DNA from: an uncultured Planctomycetaceae bacterium
GTDB taxonomy: Bacteria > Planctomycetota > Phycisphaerae > SM23-33
DNA: 64,000 bases
Assembly (NCBI GenBank): GCA_964642165.1
Contig: CAZXOC010000003.1
Location: forward strand, 784-64,783
Direction: 5' to 3'
Part shown: positions 9,411-19,939 of the stretch, piece by piece
How the letters are laid out: each line of letters begins with the position of its first letter
How positions within the stretch are numbered: the first letter of the stretch is position 1
Translations under genes and position numbers: made by a program
Notes under the pieces: model-generated
Seen by the model: the letters and a program-made list of their open reading frames with translations, nothing else
Databases searched by the model: none
What the model was told of the DNA's origin: nothing

Positions 9411-10307
9411 ATGGGCGACGAGAAGGTGAAGGTGTTGTTCGACACGGACATCGGCAGCGACATCGACGACGCGGTGGCGCTGGCGTACCTGCTGAGCCAG
9501 GATCGCTGCGAGCTGCTGGGCGTCACGACCGTCACCGGCGAGCCGGAGCGGCGCGCGGAGATGGTATCGGCCATCTGCCGCCACGTCGGGCGCGACGACG
9601 TGCCGATCCACGCCGGCTGCCCGCAGGCGATGCTGATCGAGATGCGCCAGAAGACCGCCCCGCAGGCCGCGGCGCTGGGCGAGTGGGACCGGCGGAGCGA
9701 CTTCGCCGCCGGCACGGCCATCGAGTTCCTCCGCGAGACGATCCGCGCGCACCCGGGCGAGGTGACGCTGCTGGCCGTCGGGCCGCTGACCAACGTCGGC
9801 CTGCTGTTCGCGACGGACCCGGCGCTCCCGGCCATGCTGAAGCAGCTCGTCCTGATGTGCGGGCGCTTCTTCCGCGGCACGGGCGGCGAATGGAACGCCG
9901 GCGGCGACCCGCATGCCACCGCGATCGCCTACGGCAACGGCCAGCAGGCCCGCCCGCCGCGCCAAATCAGCTTCGGGCTCGACGTGACCACCCGCTGCAT
10001 GATGGACGCCGACGCCTGCCGAGAGAAGTTCGCCGCCAAGGCGCTCGAGCCCGTCCGCGACTTCGCCGAGGTCTGGTTCCGGAAGCACGACCGCATCTGC
10101 TTCCACGACCCGCTCGCCGCGGCGTGCGTCTTCCAGGGCGACCTGTGTCGGTACCGCGACGGCTGCGTCACCGTCTCCCTGACGCCGCCGACGATGGGCT
10201 GGACCGTCTTCGACGCCAGCGCCGAGGACGACCGGAAACCCCACACCGTCGCTTGCGAGGTCGATCCCGACGCCTTCTTCGCGCACTACTTCGACGTCGT
10301 GACGTGA
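9411..10307 (+). CDS. Inosine-uridine preferring nucleoside hydrolase family protein
   Basis: N-terminal aspartate cluster VLFDTDIGSDIDDAVALAYLL (DxDxxxDD fingerprint of IU-NH), about 298 aa. Confidence 0.8.
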   Translation: MGDEKVKVLFDTDIGSDIDDAVALAYLLSQDRCELLGVTTVTGEPERRAEMVSAICRHVGRDDVPIHAGCPQAMLIEMRQKTAPQAAALGEWDRRSDFAAGTAIEFLRETIRAHPGEVTLLAVGPLTNVGLLFATDPALPAMLKQLVLMCGRFFRGTGGEWNAGGDPHATAIAYGNGQQARPPRQISFGLDVTTRCMMDADACREKFAAKALEPVRDFAEVWFRKHDRICFHDPLAAACVFQGDLCRYRDGCVTVSLTPPTMGWTVFDASAEDDRKPHTVACEVDPDAFFAHYFDVVT

Positions 10308-10457
10308 CGTGCCCGCGCACGGTCTCGCGGTACTCCGCCTCGGTCGGCTCGTCGCCGGCGCGAAGCCGCCTCGCCGGGGCGTGCTGCCCACATAGGGCTT
10401 GACAGCCGGGAAGGTCTGGGGGACAGTGTGCGGCCTTGCACTCGTTCCCGGCTGGAT

Positions 10458-10988
10458 ATGGGCAAGCAGAAGAAGAAAGACCGGTCCGCTCCGCTGCCGT
10501 ACGTGGCGCTGGTCCTGGCCTGCGCGATTCCCGGGGCGGGGCACGTCTACCTCGGTCGGATCAAGCGGGGGATCATCCTGTTCGTGACGATCACGGCGCT
10601 GTTCTGGTCGGGCGTGGGCATCGGGGGCGTGATGACGGTCGATTCGCAGCGCGAACGGTGGTGGTTCGTCGCGCAGGTGTTCACGGGGGTGCACGGCGTG
10701 ATCGCCTGGCAGCGCCAGCGGCGCGTGCACGACAGACTGGTGTCCGGCAAGCGCCTGGACCTCCGCGACCGGTACGACCAGGACGTCCTGGATGCCAAGC
10801 TCCAGGCGGAGGGCCTCGCGCTGGTCGCCCCGGCGGACACGGTGGCCCGCGCGTACTCGGGCGTGGCCGGGCTGCTGAACCTGATGTGCGTCTTCGACGC
10901 CCTGATGCTCTCGATCATGGGTGTCACGGGCGAAAGCCCGCGCGGGAAGGACGGCTCCGAGCAGTCCGGGAAGGCCAGGGACGCATGA
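10458..10988 (+). CDS. Small integral membrane protein (hypothetical)
   Basis: MGKQKKKDRSAPLPYVALVLACAIPGAGHVYLGRIKRGIILFVTITALFWSGVGIGGV.. gives two predicted TM helices. The start at 10458 is in frame with the track ORF starting at 10428. Confidence 0.45.
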   Translation: MGKQKKKDRSAPLPYVALVLACAIPGAGHVYLGRIKRGIILFVTITALFWSGVGIGGVMTVDSQRERWWFVAQVFTGVHGVIAWQRQRRVHDRLVSGKRLDLRDRYDQDVLDAKLQAEGLALVAPADTVARAYSGVAGLLNLMCVFDALMLSIMGVTGESPRGKDGSEQSGKARDA

Positions 10989-11209
10989 CCGCGTGGAGCC
11001 TGTTCTACAAGCCGATCCTGCTGAGCTTCGACAGCGAGCTGTGGCTGCTGCTGCCGCTGTGCTTCGCCGTCGCCCTGGTCTACAAGACCATCCGGATCGG
11101 CGAGCTGCGGCGGCTGCCGCGCGAGATGGCCTTCGTGATGGCCTACATCGTGGTCGGCCTGATCGCCCTGTGCGTGGGGCTCTGGCTGGTCCAGGAGTAC
11201 TGGCCATGA
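10985..11209 (+). CDS. Small membrane protein (hypothetical), translationally coupled to the upstream gene
   Basis: ATGA start/stop overlap (ATG 10985 / TGA 10986-10988). MTAWSLFYKPILLSFDSELWLLLPLCFAVALVY...MAYIVVGLIALCVGLWLV; 74 aa; two hydrophobic helices. Confidence 0.4.
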   Translation: MTAWSLFYKPILLSFDSELWLLLPLCFAVALVYKTIRIGELRRLPREMAFVMAYIVVGLIALCVGLWLVQEYWP

Positions 11210-11432
11210 TCTGACGCCCCGCCTGCGCCCGGCGCAGCCGCCGCGCGGCGTCCTCCCCGGCCTGTTCGCGAGCCCCGGCCAGCCCGGCCAGCCCCGGCGC
11301 CCCGGCCCCGCTTGCGAGGGTCCCCACCGGCCGGCCGATCCGGCCCGTTTGAATTCCCACTTTTCCCGCACCTAGAATATGGCACGGACGTAGATAGAGA
11401 AGGAGGCCGCTTTCGAGAGCCCGAGGACGTCT

Positions 11433-12095
11433 ATGTACCCGGAACGCATACTCTTAGATGTCGAATCGCAGCGCGATTTCTTCCGCCTCGGCGGGGCCTG
11501 CTACCGCGTCGGCGCCGCGGAAACCGCCCGGCGGATCTATCGGCTGTTCGCCTGGGCCAGGCTCGGGCGCATCCCCGTCATCAGCACGGTCCTGCGCGTT
11601 CGCCCGGGGGAGAGCGGCCTGACCTGTGACTGCTCCCACTGCCTGGAGGGCTCCGAAGGAGAGAAGAAACTCCCCAGAACGGTCCTCCCGCGGCGGATCA
11701 ACCTCGGTCTGCGGCACACCACCGACCTGCCGGACCACATCTTCCGGCGGTACCAGCAGGTCATCTTCGAGAAGCGCCACACGGACATCTTCGCTCACCC
11801 GCGGGCCGAACGCCTCATCACCGAACTGCCGCCCGCGACGTTTGTCCTGTGCGGCGCGGGCGTTTCGGCCGGGATCGTCCAGGCCGCCGTCGGCCTGCGC
11901 AGCCGCGGCTTCCCCGTCATCGTGGCCCGGGACGCCTCGCTGGCGCTGACGCCCGAGGCCGCCCACATGGCCTACCTGAGAATGGAGGCCAAGGGCGTCG
12001 TCCTGGCCCCCACGGTCAAGATCCTCACGCCGCCTCGCCGCCGGCGCCACCGGCTGCTCCGCGCCGCCCACCCGGCCGGAAGGCAGACGCTCTGA
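11433..12095 (+). CDS. Isochorismatase-family (cysteine hydrolase-like) protein
   Basis: ILLDVESQRDFF (cf. the LLVIDMQNDF motif) and C-terminal VLCGAGVSAGIVQAAVGLRSRGFPVIVARDAS (cf. VLCGVxTxVCVxxTAxDAxxxGY.V.VV.DA). Confidence 0.5.
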   Translation: MYPERILLDVESQRDFFRLGGACYRVGAAETARRIYRLFAWARLGRIPVISTVLRVRPGESGLTCDCSHCLEGSEGEKKLPRTVLPRRINLGLRHTTDLPDHIFRRYQQVIFEKRHTDIFAHPRAERLITELPPATFVLCGAGVSAGIVQAAVGLRSRGFPVIVARDASLALTPEAAHMAYLRMEAKGVVLAPTVKILTPPRRRRHRLLRAAHPAGRQTL

Positions 12096-12174
12096 TCGGC
12101 GGGCCCGAATCGCCTTATTCCTGCCGCTTTCGGTATCTGCGTGCTTGCGGCCGCGGCGGCTTTCTGGTACGCCG

Positions 12175-13056
12175 ATGGCCATGGCCGAGCGGGACAAGCC
12201 TTGGACCGTCCTGGGGCTGCTCAACTGGACGAAGGGGTACTTCGCTCAAGCCGCGGTGAACGAACCGCGCCTGGCGGCGGAGATCCTCCTGGCGCATGTC
12301 CTGACGTGTCGCCGCATCGAGCTGTACACGCGGTTCGAGTACTGCCCGAGCCCGGAGGAGCTGGCCGCCTACCGCGCGCTGGTCGCTCGCGCCCAACAGC
12401 ACGAGCCGGTGGCTTATCTCGTCGGTCAGCGGGAGTTCTACTCGATGCGGTTTGAGGTCAGCCCGGAGGTGCTGATCCCCCGGCCGGAGACGGAAATCCT
12501 TGTGGCCGAGGCGATTGCACATTTGCGGGCGCTGGAGCGCCCCTCGCGGATGTGGGATGTCTGCACGGGGTGCGGCTGTGCGGCCATCGCCACGGCGCGG
12601 CACGTGCCGGGCGTGCACGTGCTGGCGACGGACATCTCGGCCCCGGCCGTCGACGTCGCGGCGGCGAACGCCGCGCGGCACGGCCTGTCGCAGCGCGTCG
12701 TCTGCCGCCAGGGGGACCTGCTGTCCCTGCCGAGCGACTGCGAGGAGTGGCGGCAGGTGGACTTCATCTCGGCCAACCCGCCGTACGTCGCCGACGGCGA
12801 GCCGGTCGCCCCGGAGGTCGAGCACGAGCCGGAGATCGCCCTCTACGCCGGCAAGGACGGGCTGGACGTGGCTCGCCGACTGATCCGGTCGGCCCCCGAC
12901 TTCCTCGCGCCGGGGGGACGCTTCGCGGTGGAGTTCGGCATGGGCCAGGCCGAGGCCGTCTGCGACCTCCTCGCCGAGACCGACGCCTTCGACGATCCCC
13001 AGGTCCTCTGCGACCAGCAGGACCTGGAGCGCACCGTCGTCGCCACCCGGCTGTGA
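12175..13056 (+). CDS. prmC: Release-factor glutamine N5-methyltransferase
   Basis: SAM-methyltransferase core (DVCTGCGCAAIA), DIS..A and catalytic NPPY motif (FISANPPYVADGE). The N-terminal helical domain is typical of PrmC/HemK. Confidence 0.8.
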   Translation: MAMAERDKPWTVLGLLNWTKGYFAQAAVNEPRLAAEILLAHVLTCRRIELYTRFEYCPSPEELAAYRALVARAQQHEPVAYLVGQREFYSMRFEVSPEVLIPRPETEILVAEAIAHLRALERPSRMWDVCTGCGCAAIATARHVPGVHVLATDISAPAVDVAAANAARHGLSQRVVCRQGDLLSLPSDCEEWRQVDFISANPPYVADGEPVAPEVEHEPEIALYAGKDGLDVARRLIRSAPDFLAPGGRFAVEFGMGQAEAVCDLLAETDAFDDPQVLCDQQDLERTVVATRL

Positions 13057-13111
13057 GCCCGGCCCGCGCGGGCGGCGAAGTGGATCGCCCGAAGCTCGGC
13101 GGGGAACCGAG

Positions 13112-14515
13112 CTACCTGTACCGAACGGCCGCCCGGCCGGTGGCGCGGAAGTCGATCTCGTTGAGCACGATCGCGCCGGCGTCGCGCTCGGCGGCGTGAT
13201 GCAGCAGCATGCACTCGGCGGACGGCTCGATGCGGCCGCGCCACGCACGGGAGCCGAAGCGCAGCGTCACGGGCCGGGACAGGTCGAACATCCCCTCGGT
13301 GACGTAGATGCGCACGCTGCGGACGCGCGACGTGCGGATGCGCAGCTCGTTTTTCTTCCGGTCGAGGTCGGCCCACATCTTGAAGAGGTACTTCCGGAAG
13401 TAGCTCTCGGCGGCCTTGTCGCCGTTGGGGTCGTCGCCTCGGGGTCGGAACTTGATGCGGATGGGGCGGTCCATGCGCATCGGTTTGCCGGCTAGGTCGA
13501 CCGCCTCCAGGTAGTACCCGCGGCGGTGGTGGTCCAGGTGGAAGACGTGGGTGAGCTTCGGGGGCACGGGCGTTCGGCGTGCGGTGGCGAGGAACGCGAC
13601 GAAGTCGCGGCGGCTGGGCCAGCACCCGCCGTGCCCGACGCCGCGCAGCTCCGCGGGCTTGTAGTTCGTGTTGCCCAGCTCCTTCAGGCGCCGGGTGGCG
13701 GCGCGGCAGAAGTCGACCTGGCCCAGCGCCGGCGGTCGCGGGCGGTCGCGGTCGCCCCAGAGCGCCCAAAACCGCACGTTCGCCAGGTTCTCCAGGTACA
13801 GCGTGTTGGTGTGCGGCGAGCCCTCGAACCACGGCGTGCCGGCCATCGAGACCCCCGCCCCAAAGTGCCGCGCAAACAGCGTCGCCAGGTGCCAGGTGAG
13901 GTGCCCGCCCTGGCTGTAGCCGGCCAGGCAGATCCGCTCGCCGTCGACGTGGAGCCGCCGGCGCGCCCAGCCCAGCGGCTTGAGGTACGCCTGTTCCTGG
14001 TAGGCCCGGCCGCTGAAGTGCCTCGGCCCGGGCAGCGTGGGGGCCAGCAGGAGGTAGTTCTCGGCGTCCCGCCCCAGCAGGCGCAGGACGATCTGGGCGA
14101 TGTGTCTTCCGCTGCTGCCCTGGCCGTGGGCCGCCAGCAGCAGCGGGTGCGCCCGCTCCGGCCGGTACGAGCGCGGCACGTGCAGCACGAACGGCACGTC
14201 GTAGGTCTTCGCCCCGTCGGCGACCCGAACCTTGGCGCTGTGCCAGCCGGCGCCGATCGGCGAGTAGGCCGTCTCTGTCCGGAGGAGCTTCCCCAGCGAG
14301 TTGGCGTCGTGGCCGGACTCGCGCAGGCGCCGAAGGGCGGCCTGCACGGCGGCGGGCTTGGGCGGCTCGGCGAAGTCGCGGCCCCACAGGTCGCGCAGGG
14401 CGTCCTGGTCGGGTGCGTCCCGAGGGGCCCCGGGGCGTTCTCCCGCGGCCGCAGCGCCCTGCGCACAAGCCGCGGCGAGACACAACGCGAGTCCAAGACG
14501 GCTATCCCAACTCAT
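13112..14515 (-). CDS. Secreted alpha/beta-hydrolase (esterase / depolymerase-like)
   Basis: Signal peptide MSWDSRLGLALCLAAACAQGAAAAG; nucleophile elbow GYSQGG; LLAAHGQGSS. Start chosen at MSW (the track ORF starts 8 codons earlier). Palindrome cccgcgcggg at about 13066-13075 between this gene and the convergent prmC. Confidence 0.6.
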   Translation of the reverse strand: MSWDSRLGLALCLAAACAQGAAAAGERPGAPRDAPDQDALRDLWGRDFAEPPKPAAVQAALRRLRESGHDANSLGKLLRTETAYSPIGAGWHSAKVRVADGAKTYDVPFVLHVPRSYRPERAHPLLLAAHGQGSSGRHIAQIVLRLLGRDAENYLLLAPTLPGPRHFSGRAYQEQAYLKPLGWARRRLHVDGERICLAGYSQGGHLTWHLATLFARHFGAGVSMAGTPWFEGSPHTNTLYLENLANVRFWALWGDRDRPRPPALGQVDFCRAATRRLKELGNTNYKPAELRGVGHGGCWPSRRDFVAFLATARRTPVPPKLTHVFHLDHHRRGYYLEAVDLAGKPMRMDRPIRIKFRPRGDDPNGDKAAESYFRKYLFKMWADLDRKKNELRIRTSRVRSVRIYVTEGMFDLSRPVTLRFGSRAWRGRIEPSAECMLLHHAAERDAGAIVLNEIDFRATGRAAVRYR

Positions 14516-14522
14516 CGCCTGC

Positions 14523-15605
14523 TCATTGTACGTCATCACCGGCGTGCGGGTCGCCCCCGGCGCGCAGGACGTCGGAGGCCCAGGCGTCCCAGAGGGCTAC
14601 GCCCAGCGGGGAGCCGTCGCTGTGGTAGGGCCGCCAGGCGGCCAGCAGGGCCTCGCGGAGCTCCTCGTCGTCGAGGTGCGGGCGGGCCAAGAGCGTCGCG
14701 ACCAGCAGGAGGCTCACGTAGCTCAGCGGCAACGTCTGTTCGAGGACGTTTGAGGCCCAGAAGCGCCGGCGCCGGGCCTCGCCGTCGCCGTCGTCCTGGT
14801 CGCCGCCGGCGCCGCTGCCGCTTCGCAGGATGGCCGCCTGCATGATGCCCACCAGCCCGCCGTGGGAGAAGTGCGACAGGTTGTCGTAGCAGGGGTACAG
14901 CAGCAGGGCGAGGCGCTTGTGGGTCGCCCCGGTCAGTTCCTGGAGGCAGCGCCCCGGCGTGGGCATGTCGGCGATGAACCACTGCCGGAAGCGCGGGTCC
15001 GGCTCGTCGCCGGTGACCTGCACGCGCAGCGTCTGGAACTCGTCCTCGCTGACGTCCATCTCGTGAGCGAACTGGCGCAGGAGGCGCACGCCCTCGCCGC
15101 TCGGGCCGAAGTACTCGCCGTACGGCTCGAAGTGCCCCAGCGTGCGCTGGTCGCGAAAGAACTTCTCCGCGAAGGCCTTCCAGGCGTTCTTGCGGTAGCG
15201 CCCGTGCCAGCGAGCGGGGTTGTCCGCCAGCAGCAGCGCCAGGAAGCACCGCTCCAACTGCACGCGCGTCAGCGGCAGGGCGTCGAGCGACAACTCCATC
15301 TCGTCGCCGCCGACCAGCCGGCGGATCGACCGGTGCGTGCCCTTCATCGCCAGGAGCATCTGCCACTGCGTGCCGAGACGGCGGAGGTCGTCCAGCGACG
15401 TGGACTGCTCCACCGCGCCGGCGATCCGGGCGACCACCGCGTCGACGGCCGCGAACGTCCGCTTGTCCAGCTCGTCGGCGCGGGCCGCCAGGTCCGTCCG
15501 CGGCGGGCGCTTCAGCGGCGTCGGCGGCGGAGCGTACACCAGCCGCTGCCGCCGGCGGGGAGGCCTCGCGTCCCTGTGCTTGCGTCGTTTCATCGTCGTC
15601 CGCAA
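14523..15605 (-). CDS. Hypothetical protein (no recognised domain)
   Basis: 360-aa ORF co-directional with and tightly spaced (8 nt) from the esterase gene. Basic N-terminus (KRRKHRDARPPRRRQR), otherwise mostly helical composition. Supported mainly by operon context. Confidence 0.4.
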   Translation of the reverse strand: MRTTMKRRKHRDARPPRRRQRLVYAPPPTPLKRPPRTDLAARADELDKRTFAAVDAVVARIAGAVEQSTSLDDLRRLGTQWQMLLAMKGTHRSIRRLVGGDEMELSLDALPLTRVQLERCFLALLLADNPARWHGRYRKNAWKAFAEKFFRDQRTLGHFEPYGEYFGPSGEGVRLLRQFAHEMDVSEDEFQTLRVQVTGDEPDPRFRQWFIADMPTPGRCLQELTGATHKRLALLLYPCYDNLSHFSHGGLVGIMQAAILRSGSGAGGDQDDGDGEARRRRFWASNVLEQTLPLSYVSLLLVATLLARPHLDDEELREALLAAWRPYHSDGSPLGVALWDAWASDVLRAGGDPHAGDDVQ

Positions 15606-15740
15606 GGCGAGCCGACTCGCTCGCCCTCCCTTCTCTACCCGATCATAGGTCCGGATGCCGCGCGGATGGATGACAAAAGCCCCCGTGATGGTGCGGCGGC
15701 ACGGCGGCTCGCCTCGCGGCAGGCGGGACGTCCGGCCAAC

Positions 15741-16328
15741 CTACCCTTGTGCGGCGGGGTCCGAGCCGGGCGGCTGGGGCGTCGGGGGCGGCTGGGCGGG
15801 AGGCAGGACGACGAGAGGCGGCGGGCCCGCCCGCGGCCTGCGAAGGGCGAGGAAGAAGACCACCCACGCGCCCGCGCCGGTCAGGAACATCGGAATGCCC
15901 GGGAGGACCTGGAGATAATCCTGGCGCGTGGGGCCGGGCTGAAGGACGCACCGCGAGGCGTCGGCGGGGTCGTAGAAGACCCGGACGCGCTTGCCGACGG
16001 GCAGAGACAGGGCGATCTGCTCGGCGGCCTCCCATTCGTTGTGGGCCCAGACCTTGGCCCGGACCCGCTCGCCGACGTACCACCGCGTGCCGACCCGGAA
16101 GCGGTAGCGCACGTTCACCTGGAAGGCCGGGGCGTCCGTCGAGCCCCCTTCCGTCACGCCGGACTCGGTGATGGTTCCGGGGGCCGACGGCCAGTTTCTC
16201 GAGGCCCGCGCCTCGAGCAGCGCGGCGACGGCGACGTAGCACGAGAGCGGACCCATGATCGCAAAGAGCGTCCCGTACACCACCAGGCCGATCTTCAGGA
16301 TCACGGAGCGGCGGATGAAGCCCAGCAT
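15741..16328 (-). CDS. DUF3592-like membrane protein
   Basis: N-terminal TM helix (VILKIGLVVYGTLFAIMGPLSCYVAVAALL), beta-rich core (VNVRYRFRVGTRWYVGERV...VGKRVRVFYDPADASRCVL), C-terminal TM helix and a Pro-rich tail. Confidence 0.5.
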   Translation of the reverse strand: MLGFIRRSVILKIGLVVYGTLFAIMGPLSCYVAVAALLEARASRNWPSAPGTITESGVTEGGSTDAPAFQVNVRYRFRVGTRWYVGERVRAKVWAHNEWEAAEQIALSLPVGKRVRVFYDPADASRCVLQPGPTRQDYLQVLPGIPMFLTGAGAWVVFFLALRRPRAGPPPLVVLPPAQPPPTPQPPGSDPAAQG

Positions 16329-16384
16329 GGTCCCACCCCTTCACGTGTTGGTGCCGCAGGCGCCGGCTCGTCGCGCGCCCGGGC

Positions 16385-17551
<1,167 letters not shown>

Positions 17552-17652
17552 GGGCTACCCGTGCATTGGGGTGCAACGTTCCGGTACCGCTCGCCGACGC
17601 CGGACGTTACAATGAGATGGGCCGGCCCGGCGCACCGCGCCACCGGAAGGAC

Positions 17653-19911
17653 ATGATACGCATGCCCGGGAAAACGCACAAGCCCCTGGTTGTGCTGCTG
17701 CTTGCGGCGGCGACCTTGGGGGCGGTCCGCCCGGCCGCCGGGGCCGTCCGAAACGAGGACGTCAAGCGGGCGATCCAGCGGGCCCTGGCCTACCTGCGCC
17801 AGACGCAGCGGGCCGACGGGAACTGGGCCGGCGGCGGGCATCGCGGCGGGGTGACGTCCCTGGCGCTGCTGGCGCTGCTGCACGCGGGGGTGCCGGCGAA
17901 CGACCCGGCGGTTCAGCGCGGCCTGCGGGCGCTGGACGGCGTGCCGAACGAGGCGACGTACGTCGTCGGCCTGAAGGCCCAGGTCTACGCCCTCCTGGAG
18001 GACCCCAAGTACATCCCGAAGCTCCAGGCGGCGGCGACCTTCCTCATCGAGGCCCAAAACGACAACGGCATGTGGTCGTACGGGCGGATCCCGGGGCGCT
18101 CCCTCGGACGCGGCGACAACTCCAACACGCAGTTCGCGCTGCTGGGCCTCCACGAGGCGGCCAAGGCCGGCATCAAGGTCCCCGACGAGGTCTGGACGCG
18201 GTCGCGGGCCCACTTCGTCAATGTCCAGACGAACGACGGCGGGTGGGGCTACCGCAACGAGAACCGCGCGTACGGCTCGATGACCACCGCCGGGCTGGCC
18301 AGCCTCTACATCGTGGGCCTGCGCCTCAACGTCCCCGGCGAGCGGGTCTTCATCAGCGGGGCGTATCCCGCCTGCGGGTTCTACCAGCAGAACGTCGTCC
18401 TCGCGGCGGGGCTGAGGTGGATGGCCGACAACTTCTCCGTCCGCGAGAACCCGGGCAAGGGGCGGGGCACGTGGCTGTACTACTACCTCTACGGCATGGA
18501 GCGTGTCGGGATGATTTCCGGCATGCGGAACTTCGGGCGCCACGACTGGTACCGCCAGGGCGCGGAGTTTCTGGTCGACCGCCAGGGGCGGGGCGGCTCC
18601 TATGGCGGCGTGCTGGACACGTCCTTCGCGCTGCTGTTCCTGTCGAAGGGCAACCGCCCGGTGCTGATCCAGAAGCTCCGGTGGAAGGGCTCGCGCGAGC
18701 CGAGCTGGAACCGCAACCTCCACGACCTGGAGAACCTGACGGCGTGGATCGGGGAGAAGTTCGGCAAGCGGGTGGCGTGGCAGACGGCCTCGCTGGAGCT
18801 GCCTCTCCAGGAGTTGCGGGTCGCGCCGATCGTGTTCATCACGGGGCACGAGTTTCCCCCCGGCCTGACCGGCGCGGAGAAGAAGAAGCTCCGCGCGTTC
18901 GTCGAGAGCGGGGGCACGCTGCTGTGCGAGGCCTGCTGCGGGAAGAAGGCGTACGACACGGGTTTCCGGCAGTTCGCCGTCGAGGCGTTCCCGGAGTACC
19001 GCCTCCGGCGGCTGGATAAAACGCATCCGGTCTTCCGCAGCTATTACAAGATGACCGAGCTGTACGACCTGCACGGCATCGAGGTCGGGTGCCGGACGGG
19101 CGTGTTCTACTCCCCGAGGGCGCTGAGCTGCCTGTGGGAGCTCCAGACGATCCCGAAGTGGTCGGACCTGTCGTTCAAGCTCGGGACGAACATCGCCGCC
19201 TACGCGACCGGCAAGGAGCTGCTCCGCGACAAGCTCGACCTGGTGGAGCTGCCCGCCCGCCGCAAGGAGGAGCAGCTCCGCGAGGTCCCGCGGGGCGCGA
19301 TTCGCATCGCCCGGCTCATCCACCAGGGCGACTACAAGGCCGACATCCACTGCGAGGCCAACCTGGCGGCCATGCTGCGCGACCAGGCCAAGGTCGACGT
19401 CGTCGCCCGCGGGCGGCACCTGCGCCCGAACGACGAGAAGATCTTCGAGTACCCGGTCGTCTTCATGACCGGGCACTTCACCTTCGAGTGGTCCGAGGAG
19501 GAGATCGCCGCGCTGCGGGTGTACCTCAATCGCGGCGGGTGCCTCATCGCCGACTCCTGCTGCGGGCGCAAGGCGTTCGACAAGAGCTTCCGGGCGATGG
19601 TCGCCAAGCTCTATCCCGCCAAGTCGCTGAAGCCCCTGCCGGCCAATCACCCCATCTACACCGGGCAGGTGGGCGTGCCGCTCGGGGAGCTGCGATACCG
19701 GCGGATCCTGGCCGACCAGTTGAAGTCCCGCGGCACGACGCACCCGCCCATCGAGGCCGTCACCGTCCAGGGGCGCACCGTCATCCTCTACAGCAAGTAC
19801 GACTGGAGCTGCGCCCTGGAGGGCGACAACCCGTACTCCTGCAGGGGCTACGTCGATGCCGATGGCAAGAAGCTCGCATTGAACCTGTTTCTCTATGCGA
19901 TCAGTTACTAA
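17653..19911 (+). CDS. Secreted prenyltransferase/squalene-oxidase-repeat protein with two C-terminal DUF4159-like modules (paralog 1)
   Basis: Signal peptide MIRMPGKTHKPLVVLLLAAATLGAVRPAAG. Terpenoid-cyclase-type repeats (ADGNWAGGG..TSLALLALLHAG; NDNGMWSY; TQFALLGLHEA; NDGGWGYR). Two repeats of ..ITGHEFPPGL..EKKKLRAFVESGGTLLCEACCG.. / ..MTGHFTFEWSEEEIAALRVYLNRGGCLIADSCCG.. (glutamine-amidotransferase-like DUF4159 pattern). Confidence 0.6.
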   Translation: MIRMPGKTHKPLVVLLLAAATLGAVRPAAGAVRNEDVKRAIQRALAYLRQTQRADGNWAGGGHRGGVTSLALLALLHAGVPANDPAVQRGLRALDGVPNEATYVVGLKAQVYALLEDPKYIPKLQAAATFLIEAQNDNGMWSYGRIPGRSLGRGDNSNTQFALLGLHEAAKAGIKVPDEVWTRSRAHFVNVQTNDGGWGYRNENRAYGSMTTAGLASLYIVGLRLNVPGERVFISGAYPACGFYQQNVVLAAGLRWMADNFSVRENPGKGRGTWLYYYLYGMERVGMISGMRNFGRHDWYRQGAEFLVDRQGRGGSYGGVLDTSFALLFLSKGNRPVLIQKLRWKGSREPSWNRNLHDLENLTAWIGEKFGKRVAWQTASLELPLQELRVAPIVFITGHEFPPGLTGAEKKKLRAFVESGGTLLCEACCGKKAYDTGFRQFAVEAFPEYRLRRLDKTHPVFRSYYKMTELYDLHGIEVGCRTGVFYSPRALSCLWELQTIPKWSDLSFKLGTNIAAYATGKELLRDKLDLVELPARRKEEQLREVPRGAIRIARLIHQGDYKADIHCEANLAAMLRDQAKVDVVARGRHLRPNDEKIFEYPVVFMTGHFTFEWSEEEIAALRVYLNRGGCLIADSCCGRKAFDKSFRAMVAKLYPAKSLKPLPANHPIYTGQVGVPLGELRYRRILADQLKSRGTTHPPIEAVTVQGRTVILYSKYDWSCALEGDNPYSCRGYVDADGKKLALNLFLYAISY

Positions 19912-19939
19912 GGGCTCGATGGAACGTCCCGGCCGCCGT

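Noticed and set aside
6303-11360. 1685-aa ORF on the minus strand, the longest in the track
   Set aside because: It is antisense to four well-supported plus-strand genes (ilvB, ilvN, nucleoside hydrolase, membrane proteins). Its translation is low-complexity Arg/Ala/Pro/Gly-rich with no recognisable domain. Long stop-free antisense frames are expected at about 70% GC.
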